A stretch of 46,119 nt of DNA from an uncultured Pyrinomonadaceae bacterium (GCA_964245305.1 CAXTMQ010000001.1:33418-79536); one strand, 5' to 3'. Counted from the stretch's first letter, positions 25,330 through 34,958 are shown. The notes: generated by a model from the sequence alone, not told the origin. Made by a program: numbers and translations.

Positions 25330-26181
25330 ATGAAGCGGGAAAATCTTTATCAACCTTTTGAATGTGAATTACGCGAAGCGGAAACTTTTCCAAGCACCGA
25401 ACGGCAGAACAATTTTTTTGAGCTGATTTATGTTTTGGACGGCAACGGCAAACAGTTTGTCAATGGAAACGAGTTTTTCTACAAACCCGGGAACCTTTTT
25501 CTGCTGACTCCGCAAGACGTTTATTCGTTTGAGATTACGCGGAAAACAAAGTTCTTTTTCCTGCGTTTCAGCCAATCGTTCGTTCACACCGAACAAGCGA
25601 AAACTTTCGATGACGGCGAATGGCTTCACAGTATGAAATTCATCTTGGAAAACGCCAGTCATCAGCCCGGCTGTATCTTAAAAAATCAGATTGATAAACC
25701 CGTTGTTCGAGAACTCGTTCAAAACATCATCCGTGAGCAAAACAGTCAGCAGATTTTTCACCGAAAAGTAATCCGACAAATTGTCAACACTCTCATTACA
25801 GTAGTTGCGAGGAATATCTCAATGCGTCTGCCCGACAGGATCAAGGCAATAAAGGAAGAATCGGTGATAAAAATCTTGCAGTATATCCATCACAACATCT
25901 ACGAAGCGGGAAGACTGAAAACCGAAACAATAAGCCGCGAACTCGGCATTTCCAAGAATTATTTGGGGCGTTACTTCAAAAAGCACACGGGCGAAACTTT
26001 GCAGGAATACATCACCAATTACAAACTGAAATTAGTTGAAACAAGACTTTTACACAGCGATTTACGCATCAACGCCATCGCCTACGAACTAAATTTTACA
26101 GATGAAAGCCACTTAAATCGGATCTTCCAAAAATACAAAGGCGTGAGTCCGTCGCAATTTAGAAAAACAGTAAATTGTTGA
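25330..26181 (+). CDS. AraC family transcriptional regulator
   Basis: C-terminal HTH: ISRELGISKNYLGRYFKKHTGETLQEYI...IAYELNFTDESHLNRIFQKYKGVSPSQFR. ATG at 25330 is preferred over the upstream non-ATG start. Sampled lines are AT-rich. Confidence 0.85.
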   Translation: MKRENLYQPFECELREAETFPSTERQNNFFELIYVLDGNGKQFVNGNEFFYKPGNLFLLTPQDVYSFEITRKTKFFFLRFSQSFVHTEQAKTFDDGEWLHSMKFILENASHQPGCILKNQIDKPVVRELVQNIIREQNSQQIFHRKVIRQIVNTLITVVARNISMRLPDRIKAIKEESVIKILQYIHHNIYEAGRLKTETISRELGISKNYLGRYFKKHTGETLQEYITNYKLKLVETRLLHSDLRINAIAYELNFTDESHLNRIFQKYKGVSPSQFRKTVNC

Positions 26182-26239
26182 TTTCCGACGCTCTTTCGCG
26201 CTTTCGGCAATGGATATTCTTTGAGTTCCAAATTTTAAT

Positions 26240-26280
26240 CGCCCGCGCGAAATTCAAACCGCGCGGGCGGTTTTTCTTTT
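26240..26280 (+). terminator. rho-independent terminator
   Basis: CGCCCGCGCG-aaattcaaac-CGCGCGGGCG followed by GTTTTTCTTTT. Confidence 0.8.
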
Positions 26281-26302
26281 GGGCAAATTTTGGAGGTTAA
26301 AA

Positions 26303-26476
26303 ATGAACGACACGAAATTGTCTTTTTGGATACGAGTTCTGTGGCTCGTCGAATCCAGACCTTTTGACCGGACAAAAAGGGATTTTGACGAAGTATTACC
26401 GAACGGAAACACCAGCTTCGGATTTCGCCAGAAAAGTTTTCGTTTTGCCCGACAGGATAACCGATTCAGATTTTAA
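26303..26476 (+). CDS. possible small basic protein (57 aa)
   Basis: GGAGG Shine-Dalgarno sequence 7 nt upstream of ATG 26303. No recognisable family. It could be non-coding leader sequence. Confidence 0.25.
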   Translation: MNDTKLSFWIRVLWLVESRPFDRTKRDFDEVLPNGNTSFGFRQKSFRFARQDNRFRF

Positions 26477-26553
26477 CGCCGAATGAAATTTTCCGCCGTT
26501 GCGCCGAACATTTTAAATATTGCTCCAAGCAAATTTATAATAAACTTTAGTAA

Positions 26554-27354
26554 TTGATGCGGCATTGTTTTTACAAAACGAAATTTTTTACGGGAATCGA
26601 GCTTCGTTCGGTCGCCGGTTCGGGCGATTACGCGCCGCATTTTCACGATAACTATACGATTGGACTTTTGACCGGCGGCGGGCAGATTGTGCGGACGGGT
26701 CGGCGAACGAAAAACGCCTTTGCCGGCTCGGTTCAATTTCACGCGCCCTTTCAAGTTCACGCCAATCAGCCGGTCAGCCCGCGCGGGATTTCTTTTCTGC
26801 ATTTTGAAATTACCGAATCGCGTCTGCTTGAGTTTCTCGAAAATCGGCTGCCCGTTTCTCGTCCGAATCATATTCCCGATTTTGAATTGTTTCGGTCGCT
26901 CAAACGGGCGTTCGACGATTTGACGACCGGAGACAACCTGCTGGCGCAGGACGAATCGCTCACCGCCGCGCTCGCAAAACTTTTTCCCGCTGAAGAATCG
27001 TCGCGCTTCCAGCCCGAACTCGCGCCGCGTCTCGTCGCTCGGATAAAGGATTTTCTGCACGCCAATTACGCTGAATCTTTTACGCTCGACGCGCTCGCCC
27101 GATTAACCGGAGCGAGCCGCGTGCATATCAGCCGAACTTTTAAGCGGCACGTCGGACTCGCTCCGCACGAATATCTCGTGCAGCTCAGAATCATTCGCGC
27201 CAAAGCCGAAATCGCCAAAGGCGTGCCGCTCGCCGAAGCTGCCGCAATGAGCGGTTTCGCCGACCAGAGCCATCTGACCAGACATTTCAAGCGCGTCACT
27301 CACATCACGCCGGGCGTATATGCAAATTCGGGTTACAAACGTTCAAGACGATAA
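26554..27354 (+). CDS. AraC family transcriptional regulator (cupin-type sensor + HTH)
   Basis: FTLDALARLTGASRVHISRTFKRHVGLAPHEYL...AAAMSGFADQSHLTRHFKRVTHITPGVY. Confidence 0.9.
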   Translation: MMRHCFYKTKFFTGIELRSVAGSGDYAPHFHDNYTIGLLTGGGQIVRTGRRTKNAFAGSVQFHAPFQVHANQPVSPRGISFLHFEITESRLLEFLENRLPVSRPNHIPDFELFRSLKRAFDDLTTGDNLLAQDESLTAALAKLFPAEESSRFQPELAPRLVARIKDFLHANYAESFTLDALARLTGASRVHISRTFKRHVGLAPHEYLVQLRIIRAKAEIAKGVPLAEAAAMSGFADQSHLTRHFKRVTHITPGVYANSGYKRSRR

Positions 27355-27415
27355 AGAGTCGTTCCGTTTATATTGAAAATTGCTCACGGGCGATTTCAAA
27401 ATAAGGAGTGATTTT

Positions 27416-28207
27416 ATGCAACGAGAACAACTTGAAAATGATATTTTTTTGCTGACCGGCGAGGCTTATCAAGCCAATTCGGTTGTCGTTACGAGCGGCG
27501 AAGAAGCCTTGTTAATTGACGGTATGGCGAGCCGCACGGACGCCGAAGATTTGCGCGAGTTTATCGAGCGGGACATTAAAAAACGAATCGCCTTAATCGT
27601 TTCCACGCATTATATGAGCGACCATATCGCGGCTTTTCGGTTTTTTGCGGGCGCACCCGTCATCGCGCATAAAAACTACCAACAGACGTTCGATTCGCAA
27701 AAATCGCCGACCGCAGAAGAAAAATCGTTTTTCGTCAAACCGACCGTCGAAATCGCCGGAGACACGAAGATTAATTGGGGACGCTACGAAATAAATGTTT
27801 TCTACAATCCGGGCAAAACTTTGAGTTCGCTCAACGTCGAAATACCGGCAGCCGACCTTTTAATCGTCGGCGACGAAATTTTCGGCAACACCGCGTTTTT
27901 ATCCGCCGCCGGAACGCCCGACTCGATGCGCCGCGCGATAAAACGATTAAAAGAAACGGGCAGAAACCGTGTCGTTCCGGGACATATCGGTTTGTTCGAC
28001 CGAAAAATTTTCGACAATGCGGAGTTTTATCTCGACGCTTTAGAAAGCGAAGTCGCAAAAGCGCGGCGGTCGGCAAACGGCGAAGAAGCGATTTTGCAAA
28101 TCCCGATTGAGAATTGTCTGCCCGACAAAATCGCCGCTTCGGAATTTGAAGACGAATTTCATCGGATAAATTTAAAGCTCGTCGTCGAACGAAATTTGTT
28201 TGCGTAA
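27416..28207 (+). CDS. MBL-fold metallo-hydrolase
   Basis: ALLIDGMAS...LIVSTHYMSDHI (HxHxDH-like) ...VVPGHIG. ATG at 27416 (MQREQLE). Confidence 0.75.
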   Translation: MQREQLENDIFLLTGEAYQANSVVVTSGEEALLIDGMASRTDAEDLREFIERDIKKRIALIVSTHYMSDHIAAFRFFAGAPVIAHKNYQQTFDSQKSPTAEEKSFFVKPTVEIAGDTKINWGRYEINVFYNPGKTLSSLNVEIPAADLLIVGDEIFGNTAFLSAAGTPDSMRRAIKRLKETGRNRVVPGHIGLFDRKIFDNAEFYLDALESEVAKARRSANGEEAILQIPIENCLPDKIAASEFEDEFHRINLKLVVERNLFA

Positions 28208-28289
28208 AAAATAATCTTGAAGGTTAATTTGTCGTCTTTGACTGTTGATTTGACAAACGAGAAAATCGAATTTGATTTTGAAAGAGTTT

Positions 28290-29570
28290 ATGACTGAAAT
28301 AGCTCAACAGATGCGTTCGACCGACGAAAAAATTTTTCGAGAGACTGTTGCCGTTTCGGAAATCCGAGAACATTTTCCGGCATTAAAGCGCGTCCACCGC
28401 GGCGAAACGGCGGCTTATTTCGATTCGCCCGGCGGCACGCAAGTTCCGCGCGCGGTCGCCGACGCGATGACCGATTATCTTTTCAACCATAATGCCAACA
28501 CGCATTGGAATTATCCAACGAGTGAGGAAACCGACGCGCTCGTTGCCGACGCGAGGCAAACGGTCGCGGATTTCTTAAACGCCTCGGCGGACGAAATCGT
28601 TTTCGGGCAAAATATGACTTCGCTCACATTTCATTTGGCGCGAGCGTTGGGAAGAAATTTCTTTCGCGCCGGAGATGAAATCGTCGTTACCGAACTCGAC
28701 CATCACGCCAATGTTGACGTTTGGCGGGTATTGGAAACAGAGCGCGGCGTAACGATTCGCGTTTTGCCGTTTAATGTTGAAAGCGGACAATTAGAGCTTG
28801 AGCAGTTGCCGAACTTGGTCAATGAACGAACGAAACTCGTCGCCGTCGGCGCGGCATCAAACGCGCTCGGCACGATTAACGACATCGAGCGAATCGCGCG
28901 GACGGCGCGCGAAGCGGGCGCGTTGAGTTTTATAGATGCCGTGCATTACGCGCCGCACAATTTGGTTGATGTCAAAAAAATCAACTGCGATTTTTTGGCG
29001 TGTTCGGCTTATAAATTTTACGGTCCGCACGTCGGCATACTTTACGCTCGCCGCGAACTGCTCGAAACGCTCAATTTTCCGAAACTCCAGCCCGCGCCCG
29101 ATTCCGCGCCGGAACGAGCCGAAACCGGCACGCAGAGCTTTGAATCAATCGCCGGCGCAGCGGCGGCAGTTGATTTTTTGGCTTCGCTCGGAGAAGGAGA
29201 TGCGAAACGCGAACGACTTGGGAACGTTTTCGAGGAATTTCACCGGCGCGACGAACAATTAGTAAACCGCCTGTGGCAAGGTTTGTCGGAAATCGAGGGC
29301 GTAAACCTCTACGGTCCTGCGCCCAACGCGATGCGAACCGCGCTTGTTTCATTCACCGTCAAAGATTGTCCGTCGGCAAAAATCAGCGAGGAGCTGGCTA
29401 AGAAAGCGATTTTCGCCTCGCACGGAAATTTCTACGCGGCGACGGTCGTCAAACGTCTGGGTCTTGCCGAACAGGGACTGGTTCGCGCCGGCTGCGCGTG
29501 CTACACGACGCTTTCTGAGGTCGAACGTCTCATCGCCGCAGTCGGCGCGATTGCCGCCAAAACATTTTGA
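28290..29570 (+). CDS. class V aminotransferase-fold PLP enzyme (cysteine-desulfurase-like)
   Basis: YFDSPGGTQVPRAV...LACSAYKFYGPHVGILY (PLP Lys)...GNFYA. Confidence 0.85.
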   Translation: MTEIAQQMRSTDEKIFRETVAVSEIREHFPALKRVHRGETAAYFDSPGGTQVPRAVADAMTDYLFNHNANTHWNYPTSEETDALVADARQTVADFLNASADEIVFGQNMTSLTFHLARALGRNFFRAGDEIVVTELDHHANVDVWRVLETERGVTIRVLPFNVESGQLELEQLPNLVNERTKLVAVGAASNALGTINDIERIARTAREAGALSFIDAVHYAPHNLVDVKKINCDFLACSAYKFYGPHVGILYARRELLETLNFPKLQPAPDSAPERAETGTQSFESIAGAAAAVDFLASLGEGDAKRERLGNVFEEFHRRDEQLVNRLWQGLSEIEGVNLYGPAPNAMRTALVSFTVKDCPSAKISEELAKKAIFASHGNFYAATVVKRLGLAEQGLVRAGCACYTTLSEVERLIAAVGAIAAKTF

Positions 29571-29675
29571 AATATTCGTTATCGTTAGAAACTCCGCGCT
29601 TTCCCATCTGAAAATTTCTCTTAAACTCCCGACAATCAACTTACGAATTTATAAACGATCCGTCTCGTCAAAGCG

Positions 29676-29702
29676 GTCTAAAAAATAATGTCCGTTTTAG
29701 AC
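29676..29702. promoter_or_regulatory. inverted repeat GTCTAAAA-N11-TTTTAGAC upstream of or at the 5' end of the MocR gene
   Basis: Perfect 8-bp arms. A TATAAT box follows at about 29722-29727. Confidence 0.4.
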
Positions 29703-31262
29703 TTTGTTACTATGCCATTTTATAATTGTCTTTCTGGTATGGAAAATGGCAATTCAAATCAAATAGTAACTCCGCCGTTTATAATGCTGGACGATAAAAA
29801 ATCCTCGCTTCCCCTGCATCGTCAGATTTATGAAGCGTTGCGAAAAGCCATTTTAAAGGGCGATTTCCGGGAGCATGCAAAACTGCCTTCGACTCGTGCG
29901 CTCGCCGCGCAGCTCGGCGTATCGCGGATGACGGTCGTTGTCGCATACGACCAACTTTACGCGGAAGGTTATTTGGAAGGAAAAAGCGGCGCGGGAACTT
30001 TCGTCGCGCCGGAACTGCCCGAAGAATTGCTGCAAACTTCCAAAAACGGACGGCAAATCGCTTCGGAGATTTCCGATTCAATGCCTCGCACGCTGAATCT
30101 TACCGCGCACGGCAAATGGCTCTTTGAAACCCGTTACCCGGACGTTTTGCGAGTCGAACGCTCGACAAAATTTCTCCCGTTCCAGCACGGGCTTCCGGCG
30201 GTTGACGAATTCCCGTTTGAAATCTGGTCGCGCATCGCGCAGCGTTGGCACAGAAATCCGCCGCCGGAGCTTTTAGGTTACGGCGAACCGGCTGGTTATC
30301 GTCCGCTGCGCGAAGCGATTGCCGCTCATTTGAAATCGGCACGCGGCGTTCATTGCGATTACAGTCAAGTAATTATTACCTCTGGGGCGCAGCACGCTTT
30401 GACGCTCGCCGCGAAGATGTTTCTTGAACCTGAAGATGCGGCTTGGATTGAAGACCCGTGTTATTTGGGCGCGAAAGCGACGCTTCTTTCGGCAAGAGCG
30501 AAACTCATTCCCGTGCCGGTTGACGCGGACGGTTTTGACGTGTCTGCCGCGCTCGCTTTGAATAAAAATGCGAAAGTCGTCTATGTTACGCCGTCGCATC
30601 AATACCCGCTCGGCGTAACGATGAGTTTGTCGCGCCGCCTGAAATTAATTGAGTGGGCGCGGGCGGCGAATGCGTGGATTCTCGAAGACGATTACAACAG
30701 CGAATATCGCTACGGCGGTCGCCCGCTCGCATCCTTGCAGGGACTTGACCGCGACGGGCGCGTTCTCTATATCGGCACTTTCAGCAAGACGATTTTCCCG
30801 TCTATTAGAATTGGTTGTCTTGTCGTGCCGAAAGATTTAGCCAATGTTTTCGCTGTCACCAGAAGCCTCGGCGATTTGCATTCGCCGCTGATTGACCAGG
30901 CGATTCTCGCTGAATTTATCACCGAAGGTCATTTCGCCCGCCACATTCGCCGGATGCGAAAACTCTACGAAGCGCGCCAGCAAATTCTCGTCGAAGAAGC
31001 CGAGAAACATCTCGGCGGACTTTTGAAATTACAAAAATCCGACGCGGGTATGCACCTCGTCGGCTGGTTGCCGGACGAAATCTATGCTGAAGATGCGGCG
31101 CAAAAAGCCGCCGCGCAGAACTTGAAAGTTTCGCCCGTTTCGGCATACAGTTTCAGCCCGAATCCGCCGAACGGCTTGATTCTCGGCTATACTTCGTTCT
31201 CGGAAAAACAAATCAAAGCGAGCGTTAAAAAACTCGCGCAAATTTTGAGGAAAACGATTTAG
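29688..31262 (+). CDS. MocR-family regulator (GntR wHTH fused to class I aminotransferase-like domain)
   Basis: LHRQIYEALRKAILKGDFREHAKLPSTRALAAQLGVSRMTVVVAYDQLYAEGYL, followed by an AAT-like domain (YIGTFSKTIFPSIRIGCLV). The true start is probably internal, at ATG 29739 or 29784. Confidence 0.85.
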   Translation: MSVLDFVTMPFYNCLSGMENGNSNQIVTPPFIMLDDKKSSLPLHRQIYEALRKAILKGDFREHAKLPSTRALAAQLGVSRMTVVVAYDQLYAEGYLEGKSGAGTFVAPELPEELLQTSKNGRQIASEISDSMPRTLNLTAHGKWLFETRYPDVLRVERSTKFLPFQHGLPAVDEFPFEIWSRIAQRWHRNPPPELLGYGEPAGYRPLREAIAAHLKSARGVHCDYSQVIITSGAQHALTLAAKMFLEPEDAAWIEDPCYLGAKATLLSARAKLIPVPVDADGFDVSAALALNKNAKVVYVTPSHQYPLGVTMSLSRRLKLIEWARAANAWILEDDYNSEYRYGGRPLASLQGLDRDGRVLYIGTFSKTIFPSIRIGCLVVPKDLANVFAVTRSLGDLHSPLIDQAILAEFITEGHFARHIRRMRKLYEARQQILVEEAEKHLGGLLKLQKSDAGMHLVGWLPDEIYAEDAAQKAAAQNLKVSPVSAYSFSPNPPNGLILGYTSFSEKQIKASVKKLAQILRKTI

Positions 31263-31313
31263 TCGCGCCGCATAACACTTAAAATTTACGCCCGCCAATA
31301 TTTTATAGACGAC

Positions 31314-31781
31314 TTAAACGCCGACTGAAACCGCGTCTGAAGTTCGCGGTTTGATGATTTCCACTTCCTGCGGAACTCTGAGCAGGAGAACGCAGCCGCT
31401 TTTCGTGCTGACGCGATGCTTGTTGCCCGCCGCCGTGAAAAGATAATCGCCGGTTTTCAATTCATCCTTGCCGAATTTGACTGCGCCTTCGAGAACGAAA
31501 ACCTCTTCGCCGCCCGGATGATTGTGCAGCGGATAACTCGCGCCCGCATCGAATTTCAAAAGAAACGTCGGTGTTCTGTTCGCCGCTTCGTCGAACAATA
31601 AAGGTTTGATGTAAATGCCTTCCGCATTTTCTTCGCCGAGCGGTCGCCACTCGATTTCGCCGCTTTTAACTAATTGATTTTGATTTCCGTCCTTCACTTT
31701 TTCTCCCTGTAATTGCAGTAAAAATCTTCCGCTGGAAAATTCGCCGTCAGTTTCCGGCGAGTGTAATTTTTCTTGCATCAC
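31314..31781 (-). CDS. cupin domain protein (ChrR-like cupin)
   Basis: YPLHNHPGGEEVFVLEGAVKFGKDELKTGDYLF. Lies between copies 1 and 2 of the MocR 3'-end repeat. Confidence 0.75.
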   Translation of the reverse strand: MMQEKLHSPETDGEFSSGRFLLQLQGEKVKDGNQNQLVKSGEIEWRPLGEENAEGIYIKPLLFDEAANRTPTFLLKFDAGASYPLHNHPGGEEVFVLEGAVKFGKDELKTGDYLFTAAGNKHRVSTKSGCVLLLRVPQEVEIIKPRTSDAVSVGV

Positions 31782-31912
31782 AAGATTTTATCGCCAAATG
31801 GAATTGGAACAATATCCATTTCGAGCGTTTCGGGTCAGTCCGCTTTGCGCCGGAATTCCATTCGATGAAAGAACGAATTCAGTTGCTAAGTTTACGGTCT
31901 TAAAAATGAATA

Positions 31913-31974
31913 CGGAAAAACAAATCAAAGCGAGCGTAAAAAAGCTGACGCGAATTTTGAATGGAGAGATTTAA
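31913..31974 (+). pseudogene. orphan copy (copy 2) of the last 62 nt of a MocR-type gene
   Basis: 49/62 ungapped identity to 31201-31262 by my count. Still in frame (..EKQIKASVKKLTRILNGEI*). No homology upstream of CGGAAAAAC. Confidence 0.8.
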
Positions 31975-31978
31975 TTTT

Positions 31979-32419
31979 CTAACTCAAACTTTCTTCGCGT
32001 CTTTCTTCAACAAAATCAATTAACCATTCGCGTATTTGGTCGCGCACTTGCCGAAAGATTTTTAACCGCGATTGACAATCACCTTCGGTTGCAGGCGGCG
32101 GATCTTCAAAACTTTGATGAATTCGCACGGCTGTGCCGGGAAAGACTGGGCAGGTTTCTCTGGCGTTGTCGCAAACCGTTATAATGTAATCGAAGTTTTG
32201 TCCAATGAATTCGTCAACGGATTTTGAGCGATGATTTGAAATATCAATTCCAATCTCAGACATCGCTTCGGCGGCTTCGGGACGCACGAAGCTCGGCGCA
32301 ACGCCTGCGCTTTCGATTTCGTATTTCCCTTTTCCAAACTCGCGCAACAAACCTTCCGCCATCTGGCTGCGGGCTGAATTTCCGGTGCATAAAATTAAAA
32401 TTCGTTTTTTGTCGTTCAT
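31979..32419 (-). CDS. arsC: arsenate reductase, LMW-PTP / thioredoxin-coupled type
   Basis: ILILCTGNSARSQMAEG (CX5R P-loop) and VCDNARETCP (second Cys pair). Confidence 0.9.
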   Translation of the reverse strand: MNDKKRILILCTGNSARSQMAEGLLREFGKGKYEIESAGVAPSFVRPEAAEAMSEIGIDISNHRSKSVDEFIGQNFDYIITVCDNARETCPVFPGTAVRIHQSFEDPPPATEGDCQSRLKIFRQVRDQIREWLIDFVEERREESLS

Positions 32420-33132
32420 AAAATTTCTTTTCGTTTCCCGTCGTGCGGCAGCACAACATCTTCCGCGTCTTTCGGCATAATCGGAACAAGCCAGCGAAAA
32501 AGCAAAGTCGCGGCGATTGCGCCGAGAAGCTGCGCGGCGACATATCCGAAAACGTCCGCCGGTTGGATTCCCGCAAACGTATCACTCAACGAACGGGAGA
32601 TTGTTACCGCCGGATTCGCAAACGAAGTCGAAGCCGTGAACCAATACGCCGCCGTAATGTAAGCGGCGACGGCGAACGGCACGACGATTGAATTGTGCAG
32701 GCGCGAGCAGCCCCAAATGACGGCGAGCAATCCGAAGGTCGCAACGAACTCGCTAAAAAGCTGAGCCGCGCCCGCTCGCGTTTTTTGAGAGATGAAGAAA
32801 ACGGGCAAGTCAAACATCAAGTTAGCCGCGCCAACCCCTACAATCGCTCCGATTAGCTGCGCGACGATATACGCGCCGCAATCGCGCCAAGAAATCCCTT
32901 TCAACAGCGCGTCGCAAACTGTTACCGCCGGATTGAAATGCGCGCCGGAAATTTTGCCGAAAGTCAAAATCAAAGCGACGAGTGCCGCGCCCGTCGCCAG
33001 CGTGTTGGCGAGCAGAGCGACGGCGACGTTGCCGCCCGCGAGCCGTTCCGCCATAATCCCCGAGCCGACGACCGCCGCCAGCAAGCCAGCCGTCCCTAAA
33101 CTTTCGGCGACCACGCGCCTGACTAAATTCAT
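32416..33132 (-). CDS. MIP-family channel (aquaglyceroporin, AqpS-like arsenite channel by context)
   Basis: Two NPA boxes: GAHFNPAVT and SFANPAVT. ATGA overlap with arsC. Confidence 0.85.
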   Translation of the reverse strand: MNLVRRVVAESLGTAGLLAAVVGSGIMAERLAGGNVAVALLANTLATGAALVALILTFGKISGAHFNPAVTVCDALLKGISWRDCGAYIVAQLIGAIVGVGAANLMFDLPVFFISQKTRAGAAQLFSEFVATFGLLAVIWGCSRLHNSIVVPFAVAAYITAAYWFTASTSFANPAVTISRSLSDTFAGIQPADVFGYVAAQLLGAIAATLLFRWLVPIMPKDAEDVVLPHDGKRKEIL

Positions 33133-33160
33133 CGTGTCTAATTTTTGTCTTTTGATTTTT

Positions 33161-34108
33161 CTATTTTTTCAAAGAAGAATCTTTTTTCGCCTTCCATTCT
33201 ATTTTCGCTTTTTCCAAATCTGCTACAAACTGTGGGTTGTGATGCCAATACTGCAAAAGATACCAGCCGACGACACGCGAGGCTTCGTTGTCCGACGGAT
33301 AATGAATGCCCATCAGCTCACGCGACCAGCGGACTTCTTCGGCTGCATTCAAAAACTGCTCGCGCTTTTCGGGAATGATTTCACTGAAAATATACGCTTC
33401 GGTAAAAGCCCAGAGCGTATGACCGCTGGCAAACGACGGCGATTGAATTTTCGTCAAGGGTTGCAGTTTCGGCTCTAAATGATACGGGCGCGGACGCTTG
33501 AAAAATCTTTTCAGGCGAAACTCCGTCGCGCGAATGTCCTGAATGCAGTTCATAAGAAGATTCGCCGTATCGGGAAAGTTTTTATCGTTATACCAGTCGC
33601 CGACGAGCATCGAAGCGATGTAGAAAAGCTGCTTTCGGTTTTCGGCGTAATCCGGGTCGGTCGGGTTGACGATGTTCGGAAAAGAGCCGATGTTTGCGAT
33701 GTTTTCGGCTCTGGCGATTTGTTCTTTTGTCCGGCTGTTTTGCAAGGACAAAAGATAATCAAGTTCGGCTCGCGTTTGGTCGGAACTGTTCGCCGGAAAT
33801 TTTATCAAACCCGGAAGTTTCGCTTCGTCTTCCTGACTCAAATAGTAAGTTCGCATCAGCGAATTCGTGATTGCGCCTTTGCTGTATTCCGCCCACGGAT
33901 ATTCGATTAAATCCATTTGGGCGCGTGCCGGGTTCGGCGCGGGACTGAGTGCCGCCAGCGTTTTGTAATGTTTGCCGATTGGCTCAAGCGGATGCGTCCA
34001 CTGCGCGAATGCGGTCAGGCATAAAAACAGTAAAAGCGAAACTGATAAAAATGCCTTTTGAAAAACAGGATTGCGGAAAGCGGTTGCGGTTGCCTGTTTA
34101 TTCTTCAT
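33161..34108 (-). CDS. PAP2-superfamily phosphatase / vanadium-haloperoxidase-related, secreted
   Basis: KRPRPY...PSFASGHT...GIHYPSDNEASR. Signal peptide after start MKNKQATA at 34108. Confidence 0.8.
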   Translation of the reverse strand: MKNKQATATAFRNPVFQKAFLSVSLLLFLCLTAFAQWTHPLEPIGKHYKTLAALSPAPNPARAQMDLIEYPWAEYSKGAITNSLMRTYYLSQEDEAKLPGLIKFPANSSDQTRAELDYLLSLQNSRTKEQIARAENIANIGSFPNIVNPTDPDYAENRKQLFYIASMLVGDWYNDKNFPDTANLLMNCIQDIRATEFRLKRFFKRPRPYHLEPKLQPLTKIQSPSFASGHTLWAFTEAYIFSEIIPEKREQFLNAAEEVRWSRELMGIHYPSDNEASRVVGWYLLQYWHHNPQFVADLEKAKIEWKAKKDSSLKK

Positions 34109-34269
34109 CGTCGTTTCAATCGTTAAGGATTTGTTAACCCTGAAATGATTGTTCAGGCGGTTTCTGAATTGCTCTAAAATCCAAAATTCGATGTCGTTCA
34201 TTTTTTAAATACCTCTCATTTTTTTGAAAACTATTTGTATAACGAGAAGATTTAAAGAAAGACGCAGAA

Positions 34270-34812
34270 TCAATTTCTCTTTCCGCTGCCGCAACAGCCG
34301 ACGACGCTGCCGTATTTATCAAATTCGTAATCGCAACAATCGAGAATTGATTTTTTCAACATCATTCTGGCTCTCTGCACTCTCGATTTTAAACCCGAAT
34401 AAGACAAACCCAACTTTTCAGCCGTTTCCTTTTGCGGCTTCCCTTCAAGTTCGGTCAAAATTAACGCTTCTCTGTATTTCGGGCTTAAATTGTTGATAAA
34501 AGATTTCAAGCAACAATCCGCCAACTTATAATCAACATTTTCCACTAGCGGATTTTGAACGGCGAGATTTTCAAATGCGTTTTCGTCATCCGTCAGAAAA
34601 AATCTGTTTTCGCGGCGAAAATGGTCAACTATCGCGTTATCGGTGATGCGATGCAGATAGCCGCACAAATTACCTTGATGACTCAAGCGGTCGAATCGGG
34701 CGGCGAATTTTACAAAAACTTCGTGCAAAAGGTCGTCTCGCGCGCTCGCGTCTTTCACTTTCCTCGCCAGTTGTTTAATTATCTTCGGTTCGCATTCAAA
34801 AAATTGTTCCAT
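34270..34812 (-). CDS. sigma-70 family sigma factor, SigZ-like with Cys-rich C-terminus
   Basis: Region 2: LLHEVFVKF...YLHRITDNAIVDHFR. Region 4: YREALILTELEGKPQKETAEKLGLSYSGLKSRVQRAR. Tail: ILDCCDYEFDKYGSVVGCCGSG. Confidence 0.8.
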   Translation of the reverse strand: MEQFFECEPKIIKQLARKVKDASARDDLLHEVFVKFAARFDRLSHQGNLCGYLHRITDNAIVDHFRRENRFFLTDDENAFENLAVQNPLVENVDYKLADCCLKSFINNLSPKYREALILTELEGKPQKETAEKLGLSYSGLKSRVQRARMMLKKSILDCCDYEFDKYGSVVGCCGSGKRN

Positions 34813-34916
34813 AAACTATTTGCCGCAAAAACGATTGAAAGCAAAAAGACGATTATTAACGATTGTGTTTTTGGAAATCATCAACTTTTCACTTTCATAA
34901 ATCTGAAAATCGCGCG

Positions 34917-34958
34917 GCTGCGCGTCGAGGCTGTTTTATTCGAGACTCGACGCGCAGC
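34917..34958 (-). terminator. 13-bp GC-rich perfect hairpin (GCTGCGCGTCGAG / CTCGACGCGCAGC) at the end of the arsI transcript
   Basis: Perfect 13-bp arms with a 16-nt loop that contains the TAA of the small ORF. The minus-strand downstream sequence is CGCGCGATTTTCAGATTT. Confidence 0.6.
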
